Source: an uncultured Poribacteria bacterium
GTDB lineage: Bacteria > Poribacteria > WGA-4E > WGA-3G
Length of the DNA stretch: 64,000 bases
NCBI GenBank assembly: GCA_951828515.1
Contig: OX639992.1
Coordinates: forward strand, 2,146,217-2,210,216
Reading direction: 5' to 3'
Position numbers and translations under genes: made by a program. A model generated the notes under the pieces. The model worked only from the letters and a program-made list of their open reading frames with translations, did not search any database and was not told where the DNA came from. How positions within the stretch are numbered: position 1 is the stretch's first letter; every line of letters begins with the position of its first letter. Shown here one piece after another: positions 9,651 through 18,790 of this stretch.

Positions 9651-10832
9651 TTAAATTAGTGTCTGATAGGTTAGTACCCGGAATTGGGCGTGGAACGGTG
9701 AATCAGCACCGACCAATTGTGTCATAAAAACGCCGATCAACTCCTCCACAGGATCAATCCAAAACGTGGTGCTTGCCATGCCGCCCCAAGCGCAAGTACC
9801 TACGGAACCGAGCGTGTGCGTTTCAGCGACATCCGTGACAACGGCGAACCCAAGTCCGAAACCGGATCCGGTTCTCTGATTGGGTTGCCAACTGTTAGAA
9901 ATGTGGTCCATCGTTATGAGTTCAACGGTCTTTTTTCCAAGCAATCGCACGCCGTCGAGTTCGCCACCGTTGAGTACCATCTGACAGAATCGGAGATAAT
10001 CCGGGGCAGTTGATTGTAACCCGCCGCCACCAGAGTGGAAAAAACTCAGCGGTCCAGTTGCCGCATGAACCTTCTCAATTGCTTGAAGTTCACCGTTTTC
10101 CCCGAATTCATATACCTTTGAATATCGGTCAGCATTTTTAACTGGCACCGAAAAACCGGTGTCCTTCATGCCTAAAGGCTCCAAAATACGAGTTTTCAAA
10201 AACGTCTCAAGCGGCATACCGGATACGATTCCTACAAGGTAGCCGAGTACGTCGGTAGACATACCGTACTTCCATGCGTCACCTGGATGGTGAAGGAGCG
10301 GAATACTTCCGAGCTTTTGTATCATGTTCGCGAGGTCGCCGCCGTAGAGGTCCGCATCTTCATACTGCTGATCGATTGGGTGATCCTCTCGATCACTCTC
10401 GTAGATAAGTCCGGCAGTATGTGTAAGTAAATGTTTTATTGTCACCTCGCGTTCCGCATCAACAATAGCACTGCCGTCTTCAGTGTAAACCTTCATGTCT
10501 TTGAAAGCCGGAACAAATTCGGAGACAGGTGTACTGAGCTGAAAATGACCTTCCTCATAGAGCATCATCACCGCGACGCTGGTAATCGGCTTCGTCATCG
10601 AATAAATGCGGAAAATGGTGTTACATTCTACCGGTTTAGCGGCAGCGATATCCTGCATACCAAACTTTTCAAAATGGACGAGTTTTCCTTTACGCGCTAT
10701 CATTGTCAAGGCACAAGGGATTTTCCCGTTGTCAACATAGCCTTGCATGATCGGCGCAATACGTTCTAACCGTGAGGTCGATATGCCCACATCTTCAGGA
10801 ATCGCTCGCGGCAATCCTTCATATATTGTCAT
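9651..10832 (-). CDS. Serine hydrolase, beta-lactamase family (paralog 2, highly similar to paralog 1)
   Basis: Same motifs as paralog 1. Collinear alignment along the full length. Confidence 0.8.
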   Translation of the reverse strand: MTIYEGLPRAIPEDVGISTSRLERIAPIMQGYVDNGKIPCALTMIARKGKLVHFEKFGMQDIAAAKPVECNTIFRIYSMTKPITSVAVMMLYEEGHFQLSTPVSEFVPAFKDMKVYTEDGSAIVDAEREVTIKHLLTHTAGLIYESDREDHPIDQQYEDADLYGGDLANMIQKLGSIPLLHHPGDAWKYGMSTDVLGYLVGIVSGMPLETFLKTRILEPLGMKDTGFSVPVKNADRYSKVYEFGENGELQAIEKVHAATGPLSFFHSGGGGLQSTAPDYLRFCQMVLNGGELDGVRLLGKKTVELITMDHISNSWQPNQRTGSGFGLGFAVVTDVAETHTLGSVGTCAWGGMASTTFWIDPVEELIGVFMTQLVGADSPFHAQFRVLTYQTLI

Positions 10833-11031
10833 TAAGTCTCCAGTAAGATGGCTGTCGGCTTTACGGCTTTCAGCGGTCAGAAGATTAGCGGTCAGGTCGG
10901 TTTTTTCTGCGAAAAAACCTTTCAGCAGTCAGGGAAGAGGTGTTTTTGATAGAGTGTTTCCCCACGTTTAAGTTCACTCTCTTTGCTGATTGCCAATTGC
11001 CATCTTGCTGATTACTGATCGTCGATAGCCA

Positions 11032-12309
11032 TTATTCAGTGAGTGCCTGATAGGTTAAAACCTTAAATTGTTGGTGGAAAGGGTAAGGGTTACTGAGAAG
11101 CTGCGTCATGAGCAAGCCGATTAATTTTTCTTCAGGGTCGATCCAGAAGGTGGTAGCGGCGGCACCGCCCCAACTGAAATTCCCTACGGACTCCAGAATG
11201 TTTGGGGGTTCCTTATCCGTAACGACAGCAAAACCGAGTCCAAACCAATCATCATGATGAGGGTAGCGCATCAACTCAACAGTCTTTCTGCCCAATATGC
11301 GGACACCGTCTAACTCACCGCCATTGAGCAACATTTGACAAAATCGCATATAATCTGCAGCGGTTGAAACGAGACCTCCACCGCCTGATGGGAAAAAACT
11401 GACTTCATCGTTCGCGAGAGGTGCATTCTCGACACGTTCCAGTCCATTCTCTTTGTTAGGTCTATAGAGTGCCGCAAATCTGTCGACCTTCTCCGATGGC
11501 ACTGAAAACGCTGTGTCTACCATGCCAAGGGGTCCAAAAAGACGCGTCTGGAGGAATTCTTCAAAAGGCATCCCAGCAACCACTTCCACGAGGTAGCCGA
11601 GTACGTCAACGGAGACACCATAGGTCCACCTTTCACCCGGTTCGTGAACGAGTGGAATGTCGCCGAGTTTTTTCACCATATCCGCCAATGTCGAGCCGGT
11701 TTCAAAGATTTTTAGTTCCTTGTAGCGTTCATCGACGGGTTTATCGCCCCAGCCGTAAGTCAACCCAGCGGTATGCATGAGGAGGTGTTTGATGGTTACC
11801 TCTTTCTCCGCATCCAAGATTTCAGTCTGGTCCTCGTTGTAGACCTTCATATTTTCAAATTCAGGAATAAATTGGGAGACGGGGGTACCGAGTTGAAAAT
11901 GTCCCTCCTCATAAAGCATCATCACTGCAACACTGGTAATCGGTTTCGACATGGAATAGATACGGAATATCGTATTCGGCTCAACGGATTTGTTCTCCTC
12001 AACATCTCGCATACCGATGGTTTCAAAATGAACAATTTTCCCGCGTCTCGCCACGACCGTCAGGAATCCCGGTATACGTCCGTCATCAACATAATTTTGC
12101 ATGACAGGACGGATGCGTTCAAGGCGTTCAGCGGAAACACCAACCTCCTCTGGCACCGTCATTGGTAGTCCTTGTCCGAAAGCAAATGTGGTGGTATAAA
12201 AAAGCAGTAAACACGTGTAGATTAATAATTTCCTCAATCTGTTCTCCTTCTTCTTACCTATAGTAACTCCCAAGAAGTTATAAACATCGCCACGACCGGA
12301 CTTGTACAA
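11032..12309 (-). CDS. Serine hydrolase, beta-lactamase family (paralog 3, divergent, with signal peptide or anchor)
   Basis: YSMSKPITS, YGVSVDVLG, PSGGGG. N-terminal hydrophobic segment. Confidence 0.75.
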   Translation of the reverse strand: MYKSGRGDVYNFLGVTIGKKKENRLRKLLIYTCLLLFYTTTFAFGQGLPMTVPEEVGVSAERLERIRPVMQNYVDDGRIPGFLTVVARRGKIVHFETIGMRDVEENKSVEPNTIFRIYSMSKPITSVAVMMLYEEGHFQLGTPVSQFIPEFENMKVYNEDQTEILDAEKEVTIKHLLMHTAGLTYGWGDKPVDERYKELKIFETGSTLADMVKKLGDIPLVHEPGERWTYGVSVDVLGYLVEVVAGMPFEEFLQTRLFGPLGMVDTAFSVPSEKVDRFAALYRPNKENGLERVENAPLANDEVSFFPSGGGGLVSTAADYMRFCQMLLNGGELDGVRILGRKTVELMRYPHHDDWFGLGFAVVTDKEPPNILESVGNFSWGGAAATTFWIDPEEKLIGLLMTQLLSNPYPFHQQFKVLTYQALTE

Positions 12310-12439
12310 TTTGTTGATAGACGATGTCAGAAAACCTCACCAGCAGTGAAAACAATATACCGAGAGATGGATGCTATTTCCCTAATGATTTTGCTGGTAT
12401 GGTGCGGTGGGAAACCGCACCTACCGGTTTTGAATAGTC

Positions 12440-13246
12440 TTACGGTACACGCTTAAGGTATCCCCAGCGTGTTGCGAGTTTGCCACCGGGTTCAACACTG
12501 AGAATTGCGGCTAATCCGACATCCATCGCTTCCTGAATTTCCGCTTCGGTTCGTGCGACATTGGAGATGCGTACCTCATCAATGACACCTTTCAATCCAT
12601 TTGCGTTATTGAGGTTCGGCACACCGATTGTAATCGGATCTGCGCTCTGAAACGTGGTGCCATTGGGTGCTTCAATTTCCAATTCACCATCGACATACGC
12701 GCGTCCCATTTTGCCATCATAGGTAAAGGCGAGATGATGCCACTTGTCGTCGGTGATCTTAGTCGTGGCATCTATACTAAATCCACATGCCCCATTTGCT
12801 CCGATTTCTGAATGCAGCACATGTTGATCTACATGAACCCAGATACCGTAGTTTCGGTTGCCGCATCCTGCCTGCTGTTTGCAAACGATGCCCTGCCACT
12901 TACCTGTGCCCTCTTCCACTTTGACCCATGCTTCAATACTGAGTGTCTCCAATTCCAGTTTCTTGGTAGATTCAACAACGACGTAACCACCGTCATTCCC
13001 GGGAAATTCTAATCCGCCCCCGAATTCTGCCTTGACCCATTTAGGTTTCCCCGCGAATTCGCCATCGTGTCCGTTACCAGAAACGTCTTTCACTACATCG
13101 CCGGCACCTTCGTCAAAGAGCCAGACGGCGACGGTATTTTCGTCAACCGCTGCATCTGCGAACAGACCCCCGAACAGTGCCAAAACTACTACTGCGATGA
13201 AAAGAAACTTGATGCTATAGATAGATTTTGTCTCTGTAGCGTGCAT
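12440..13246 (-). CDS. Secreted LamG-like (concanavalin A-like lectin/glucanase) domain protein with conserved C-terminal GKLATRWGYLKR tail
   Basis: Signal peptide. LamG-type N-terminus (VAVWLFDEGAGDVVKDVSGNGHDGEF). Paralog of 54939-55727. Confidence 0.6.
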   Translation of the reverse strand: MHATETKSIYSIKFLFIAVVVLALFGGLFADAAVDENTVAVWLFDEGAGDVVKDVSGNGHDGEFAGKPKWVKAEFGGGLEFPGNDGGYVVVESTKKLELETLSIEAWVKVEEGTGKWQGIVCKQQAGCGNRNYGIWVHVDQHVLHSEIGANGACGFSIDATTKITDDKWHHLAFTYDGKMGRAYVDGELEIEAPNGTTFQSADPITIGVPNLNNANGLKGVIDEVRISNVARTEAEIQEAMDVGLAAILSVEPGGKLATRWGYLKRVP

Positions 13247-13541
13247 AATCAGTTCCCCCTTTTTGAGGCATTCTACCAGAAAAGGAATCTTAAGTCAAAC
13301 GTTTGGTGGTGCATTTCAGAAGCATTCAGTTATCAGTGGTCAGCAGTCAGTAGCCCCTTGTGACAGTCGCAAACGTCCTCAATGACCACAACTGCTCTTT
13401 ACCGAAGGCTGATAACCGATACCCAATACAGCGATAAAAATGTTGACACGAGATTACGCATCGCATATAATTCGCATGTTCAGTTGTCGGCGCGTGTTGG
13501 ACACGCGTGAATCACGAGGGGCATATAAGGAGGCTTACTTC

Positions 13542-14711
13542 ATGGCAGAACGAATTAAAATGGGATTAGTCGGATGCGGCGGTATGTCCGGTGCACACAT
13601 GGGTGGGTATCGCGAACTCTGGTCGAAAGGCATCAGGGATTATGAGATCGTGGCGGCGTGCGATATCGCGGTGGAACGCGCTGAAGAACGTGCAAATCAG
13701 GCACACGAGTTACAAGGTGGAACGAAGCCCGCTGTCTATACAGAACTTGATGATATGCTGGCGAAGCACCCCGATCTGGAGTGCGTTGACATTTGTGCCC
13801 TCCACAGTGCACATCATACGCTCGCTGTGCCTGCACTCGATGCTGGAAAACATGTTATTATTGAAAAGCCATTCGGTATCACAATGCGGGCATGCAAACT
13901 GATGATGGAAGCCGCGGATCGCAACGATAGGATCATCTCTGTCGCTGAAAACTATCGTCTGGCACGCATCCAACGCACCCGCAGTTGGGCAATCGCCCAA
14001 GGACGTATCGGTGATCCTCGTATGTTCTTCTGGGTAGAGGCCGGCGAAGGTTTAGGGAAATGGGGTTGGCGCAACTTTAAGATGGATGCAGGCGGCGGTT
14101 GGGCATTAGACGGCGGTGTGCATTTCACGGATCTGATGCGCTATATTCTCGGTATGGAAGCCGAAGAAGTCTATGCGATCAACAAGGCTTATGAACCTTT
14201 TCGCTACGATAATCCCGCAGAAAGAGAAGGTGGATATGCCGTTGACGTTGAGGACGCGATGATCGCCACTATCAAATTTGAGCAGGGCGTTACAGCGCAG
14301 TGGACATGGGTAGGTTCTGCCCCTGGACACGGTTTCCGTCAACACACCGTTTACGGCAGCGAAGGATCGCTTGATTGGAACCAAGGGTTGGTGCCGCGCG
14401 GCGGCGAACCGATCTCCAATGATGACCTCATGCAGGAGTTCACAAATAGCCTCAGTGACTCGGAACGGGAATACTACTTCCCGGGCGGTGTGGAAGATAC
14501 CGTCGCGATTGAACTGAAATACTTCGCCGATGCCATTCGGAGCGGTGGTCAACCGGAAGTGGATGCCGTTGAAGGCATGCGGTCGGAAGCCATCTGCATG
14601 GCAGTCTATGAATCGGGATGGTTCGGTCGTCCAGTGACAATTGAAGAGATCGAAAACTGCGAGTTGGAAGGCTATCAGAAGGAGATTAACGATAAATTAG
14701 GAATTTTCTAA
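13542..14711 (+). CDS. Gfo/Idh/MocA family NAD(P)-dependent oxidoreductase
   Basis: Rossmann N-terminus GLVGCGGMSGAHMGGY and EKP motif. SD AAGGAGG upstream of ATG 13542. Confidence 0.8.
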   Translation: MAERIKMGLVGCGGMSGAHMGGYRELWSKGIRDYEIVAACDIAVERAEERANQAHELQGGTKPAVYTELDDMLAKHPDLECVDICALHSAHHTLAVPALDAGKHVIIEKPFGITMRACKLMMEAADRNDRIISVAENYRLARIQRTRSWAIAQGRIGDPRMFFWVEAGEGLGKWGWRNFKMDAGGGWALDGGVHFTDLMRYILGMEAEEVYAINKAYEPFRYDNPAEREGGYAVDVEDAMIATIKFEQGVTAQWTWVGSAPGHGFRQHTVYGSEGSLDWNQGLVPRGGEPISNDDLMQEFTNSLSDSEREYYFPGGVEDTVAIELKYFADAIRSGGQPEVDAVEGMRSEAICMAVYESGWFGRPVTIEEIENCELEGYQKEINDKLGIF

Positions 14712-14886
14712 TTATTCCTTGCGGTTCGTTTAGGGAGCCTTAGAGCATTCACGTTTCTTTCCGTATATCCGCCTGCGCCGTTGTTGCAGGCTATGGTTTG
14801 GGTTTAATGTTTCATTTTTAACCGAAAACCTGCTCGTAATGAAATTAGGTTCTCCTTAAATGGCATAATTCGTCTTTGCTTTACCT
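14709..14886. repeat. Composite copy of the leader repeat family, carrying modules in both orientations
   Basis: Left arm TAATTATTCCTTGCGG..ATATCCGCC..GGCTATGGTTT. Right arm is the reverse complement of GTAAAGCAAAGACAAATTATGCCATTTAAGGAGAACCTAATTTCATTACGAG. Confidence 0.6.
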
Positions 14887-14920
14887 ATGGAGAGCAGTCT
14901 AGGGGGACATAAATTAAAAA

Positions 14921-15721
14921 ATGAATCGACTGAATGGAAAAGTTGCGATTGTTACAGGTGCCGGCAAAAAAGGGGAAGTCGACGGCACGGGTTATGCGAC
15001 ATCAATGCTCTTCGCCAGAGAGGGTGCGAAAGTACTGTTGGCAGACATCTCCCTTGAAAATGCGAACGCCACACTGGCAGAGATCGAAGCAGAAGGGGGC
15101 GAAGCATCGGTATTCATCGGAGATGTGTCTACAGAGGCAGCCTGTGCTGAAATGGTAGAAGCCACCGTCGAACGTTTCGGCAAAGTGAACGTCCTCTTTA
15201 ACAACGTCGGACTTGGCGGTTCCGGGACGGTCACGCAGGTGGACGAAGAGAAGTGGGACAGAGTCATGGATGTCAACCTCAAAAGCATGATTATGGCGAG
15301 TAAGTATGCGGTACCACGGATGGCTGAGGCAGGCGGCGGCTCAATTATCAACGTCTCGTCCATCGATGCGTTGCGGGCGGGTTCATCTCGAAATCTACCG
15401 TATGCCGCCGCAAAAGGTGGGATGATTTCTGCAACAACAGTGATGGCGGTTCACCACGGACGAGATAATATTCGGGTGAATTGCATCGCGCCCGGACATC
15501 TTTACGCTTCATTCCCTGCGCCGTATTTGAGCGAAGCGGAGCGGGAACGGCGACGGCTTATCGGACCGCTCGGTACGGAGGGGACTGCATGGGATGTCGC
15601 TTGGGCGACCGTTTTTCTCGCCAGTGACGAATCGAAATGGATCTCTGGTGTCACGATTCCGATCGATGCGGGTCTACTCGCCGCAACGCCACTCGCTGTT
15701 GTGCATCAGCTTGATGAATAG
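14921..15721 (+). CDS. SDR family short-chain dehydrogenase/reductase
   Basis: TGAGKKGEVDG Rossmann motif, NNVG, YAAAKGG catalytic Tyr/Lys. Confidence 0.85.
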   Translation: MNRLNGKVAIVTGAGKKGEVDGTGYATSMLFAREGAKVLLADISLENANATLAEIEAEGGEASVFIGDVSTEAACAEMVEATVERFGKVNVLFNNVGLGGSGTVTQVDEEKWDRVMDVNLKSMIMASKYAVPRMAEAGGGSIINVSSIDALRAGSSRNLPYAAAKGGMISATTVMAVHHGRDNIRVNCIAPGHLYASFPAPYLSEAERERRRLIGPLGTEGTAWDVAWATVFLASDESKWISGVTIPIDAGLLAATPLAVVHQLDE

Positions 15722-15945
15722 GCATGAAGGGCGAGGTTAGGATTATTTAGTACTCTGTCATCAGCTACTATAGACATACCACTCCGCTGGAGTGGAAAAA
15801 CACGCCACTATCAGGAAAACTGAATAGCCATAGGCGAGGTTAGGAAACCTCGCCAGCGGTAAGAGTAGGCAACTGTAAGAAAAGGAACACCAGCAGTAGA
15901 AAACGGGCAATGGACTGAAGTCCATTGCCCATTGTTTAACAATCC

Positions 15946-18177
15946 TTATTGCTGGGTATGATCAGGATCGTCCCCTTCCTGACCCGACATCATGTTTTTG
16001 CTTGCCATGAGGTTGTATGTCATGTCAGGCGGTGGAGAATTATCCGACCAATTTGCAGCTTCACGATCCCATATCACCTGAATCGATGCTTGATCTTCCG
16101 TCGTTGAGAGGAAGATCTGAACGCTGTACGTCGTTGAATTATTGGGGTCGCCGGCGGTGCCGATGTGGCAGGGTTTATCAGCATCGTAACAGGCTCCATC
16201 GGTTTGTGTAAATTCTGTTATTGTTGAATCATCGTCTGGGATGAGCATGAATCCATTGCCGATGAAATTTGCCTCGCCATTTTCCCCTGGTGTCTGGCGC
16301 GGACCCTCGTAATTTTCTGGATAGTATATCCATACTAACCATCCTTGTTTAGACTGATCTGCATCATAATAGTGTGATTGTTGCGCCCAATCGCTATCAG
16401 TCGGTCGCACGGTAGCCGTCGCCGTAAATCTCACCGACCCCGTGATTCCAGTAGCAGTTACTGTGACAGTGTACGTGCCAGTCGTTTTACCCAACCGCAG
16501 TATCGTGCTTGCCTGACCGTCTGACCCTGTGGTAGTACTCGCAGGATTCAGGACCCCAACGCTTGGACTCACACTGAAACTCACGGTGGCATCCGGTAAG
16601 GGATTATTGTATTGATCCCACACTTTGACGACAAGAGGGTTCGTCAAGTGTTGATAGGCTTCCTTACTCTGATTGTCGCCACTGACCTTCTGCAACGTCG
16701 CCGCTCGCGGTGGCTCGATAGCCGTGGCTGTAAATGTCACCGATGTTAGTCCAGTTACACTCGCTGTGACGGTGTAGGTGGTAGCCGTGCCACCAAGCTG
16801 CAATGTAGTGCTGGCTTGACCGTCTGAACCTGTAGTCGCACTCGTAGGACTCAGAACACCACTATTTGGACTCACACTGAAATTCACTGTGACACCCGAT
16901 AGTGCAGCACTGTTCTGATCCAGCACCCTCACAACAAGAGGGTTCGTCAAGTATTGACTGGTACGCGCAGTCTGACCATCGCCACTCATCTTTTCCAGCG
17001 TCGTCGCCACCAGTGTTGGTGGCGGTGGTGGTGGGGGTGCGGTAGCCGTCGCTGTAAATGTGACAGACGATACCCCAGACGCACTCGCTACCACGGTATA
17101 TGTGTCTGCCGTGCTGCCAAGTTGCAGCAGGGTGCTTGCCTGACCGTTTGAATCCGTGGTATCACTCGTAGGACTCAGAACACCACTATTTGGATTCACT
17201 GTGAAATTCACTGTGACATCCGATAGCACAGCACTGTTCTGATCCAGAACTCTCACAACAAGAGGATTCGCCAAATGTTGACCGGTTTCAGCACTCTGAC
17301 CATCGCCACTGACTACCTCCAACGTTGACGCTCGCAGTGGCTCGGTAGCCGTTGCCGTAAATTCGACCGATGTTAGCTCAGTTACACTCGCTGTGACGGT
17401 GCAGGTGGTAGCCGTGCTACCAAGCTGAAGTGTGGTACTTGCTTGACCGTTTGATCCTGTGGTCGCACTCGTGGGATTCAGCGTTCCGCTTGGACTCACA
17501 CTGAAATTCACTGTGACACCTGATAGCACAGCACTGTTCTGATCCAGAACTCTCACAATAAGAGGGAGCGTCAAGTGTTGACTGGTTTCAGCACTCTGAT
17601 TATTACCACTGTACATCTCCAGCGTCGTCGCTGTTCGTACCGATTGCTGCGTGCCACCGTCCCCGTTATTGCCACCATTGTTATTACCACCATTGTTAGG
17701 CGGCGGTGGCGGCGGTGGCGAATTTTTAACCACTGGAGGGGGCGGTGGCGGTGGTGGTGAATTTTTAACCACTGGAGGGGGTGGCGGTGGTGGTAGGTTA
17801 TTGACAACCGGTTGATCGTTAGTTTGGGTCTGAGTTTGCAGTGCCGCCACAATCTCTGTAGTGTCTATTACCCTTTCTGCATGTACAATTTGCTTGCCTT
17901 CATAATAGAACATGTAAACAAGTTTTCTCGGATGAACATGGATGATCGGAATATTGTTGGCAGCCCCTCCCGTTCTCTGAGGTCTAAATTTAAGGCAAGA
18001 CGATTCAACACCGTTATAAAGGCAGATGGAACTTTCAGTCGAGACAATATATCGGTCTATATCGTTAGGTGTCAGCATTGAACCCGTGTAAGGCATATCG
18101 GAACAACCGATTATGCTGAAAAGCATAATGAGGATGCCACTGATTAAGCTTAACGATAAAGGTATGTTTTTTTTCAT
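15946..18177 (-). CDS. Surface lipoprotein with 5 Big/invasin-like Ig repeats and polyproline linkers
   Basis: Lipobox IIGCSDM. Five ~95-aa repeats (VRVLDQNSA.LSGVTVNF.V.P.SGVLSPTS.TT.S.GQAST.LQLG.TA.TYTV.AS). PPPPPPPVVKNS x3 linker. Start trimmed to MKKNIPL. Confidence 0.6.
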   Translation of the reverse strand: MKKNIPLSLSLISGILIMLFSIIGCSDMPYTGSMLTPNDIDRYIVSTESSICLYNGVESSCLKFRPQRTGGAANNIPIIHVHPRKLVYMFYYEGKQIVHAERVIDTTEIVAALQTQTQTNDQPVVNNLPPPPPPPVVKNSPPPPPPPPVVKNSPPPPPPPNNGGNNNGGNNGDGGTQQSVRTATTLEMYSGNNQSAETSQHLTLPLIVRVLDQNSAVLSGVTVNFSVSPSGTLNPTSATTGSNGQASTTLQLGSTATTCTVTASVTELTSVEFTATATEPLRASTLEVVSGDGQSAETGQHLANPLVVRVLDQNSAVLSDVTVNFTVNPNSGVLSPTSDTTDSNGQASTLLQLGSTADTYTVVASASGVSSVTFTATATAPPPPPPPTLVATTLEKMSGDGQTARTSQYLTNPLVVRVLDQNSAALSGVTVNFSVSPNSGVLSPTSATTGSDGQASTTLQLGGTATTYTVTASVTGLTSVTFTATAIEPPRAATLQKVSGDNQSKEAYQHLTNPLVVKVWDQYNNPLPDATVSFSVSPSVGVLNPASTTTGSDGQASTILRLGKTTGTYTVTVTATGITGSVRFTATATVRPTDSDWAQQSHYYDADQSKQGWLVWIYYPENYEGPRQTPGENGEANFIGNGFMLIPDDDSTITEFTQTDGACYDADKPCHIGTAGDPNNSTTYSVQIFLSTTEDQASIQVIWDREAANWSDNSPPPDMTYNLMASKNMMSGQEGDDPDHTQQ

Positions 18178-18349
18178 TACTTCAAAGTCCTTTTGCGTTA
18201 CTATTATTGTTTTGACGCAATGCTGACAGAATATATCACGCATTTTTAACTTTATTCTCTCCATAATACTATTCCTCTGCCCGAGAATTGTGCCCACACG
18301 AACGGCACATTTATAGTAAAGTCAACAATTAACTATACACCCACCGGAA

Positions 18350-18375
18350 GGCGAGGTTAGAAACCTCGCCAGCGG
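18350..18375. repeat. GGCGAGG-TTAGAAA-CCTCGCC-AGCGG hairpin element
   Basis: Family members at 2684, 5897, 15833, 21394 (expanded loop) and 60372, and a half copy at 15729. Confidence 0.75.
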
Positions 18376-18790
18376 CGGAACGGTGCTTGTGTTTCTAAAG
18401 TGTGCACTTATTTTTAGGATTTACTATAAATCGCATAGCGAAATCTAATTACATCCGCCATTTCGTGGATTATAATACGCAAATATGACTTTGCAGTTAC
18501 ATACTGCTTCCACCCGCTATGTTGACCCAAAAGCGGAAATGGAGTCGCGTTCTACCGCGATGTGTCTGGATTCGGAGCACACCTACGGGAAAACTATGGT
18601 GATTTGAGTGTGAATGCCGCTAAGGGCATTCACACTGGGAACCCAAACTAAAAGTTTATGCTACAAAGATGTCTATTTATTTCTATAATTCGCTATAAAT
18701 ACCCCTACGTTAAAAAAAAGAGAACGGGCAATGCCATCGCGGGCACCACCCGTTCATTGTTTCAAAGAATGTAATTGGAATATCCGTTGG

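Noticed and set aside
17571-17852. ORF 17571-17852 (HHRHRPLQWLK repeats) and plus-strand ORF 17575-17760
   Set aside because: They are alternative-frame translations of the polyproline-encoding tandem repeat within the Ig-repeat lipoprotein gene.
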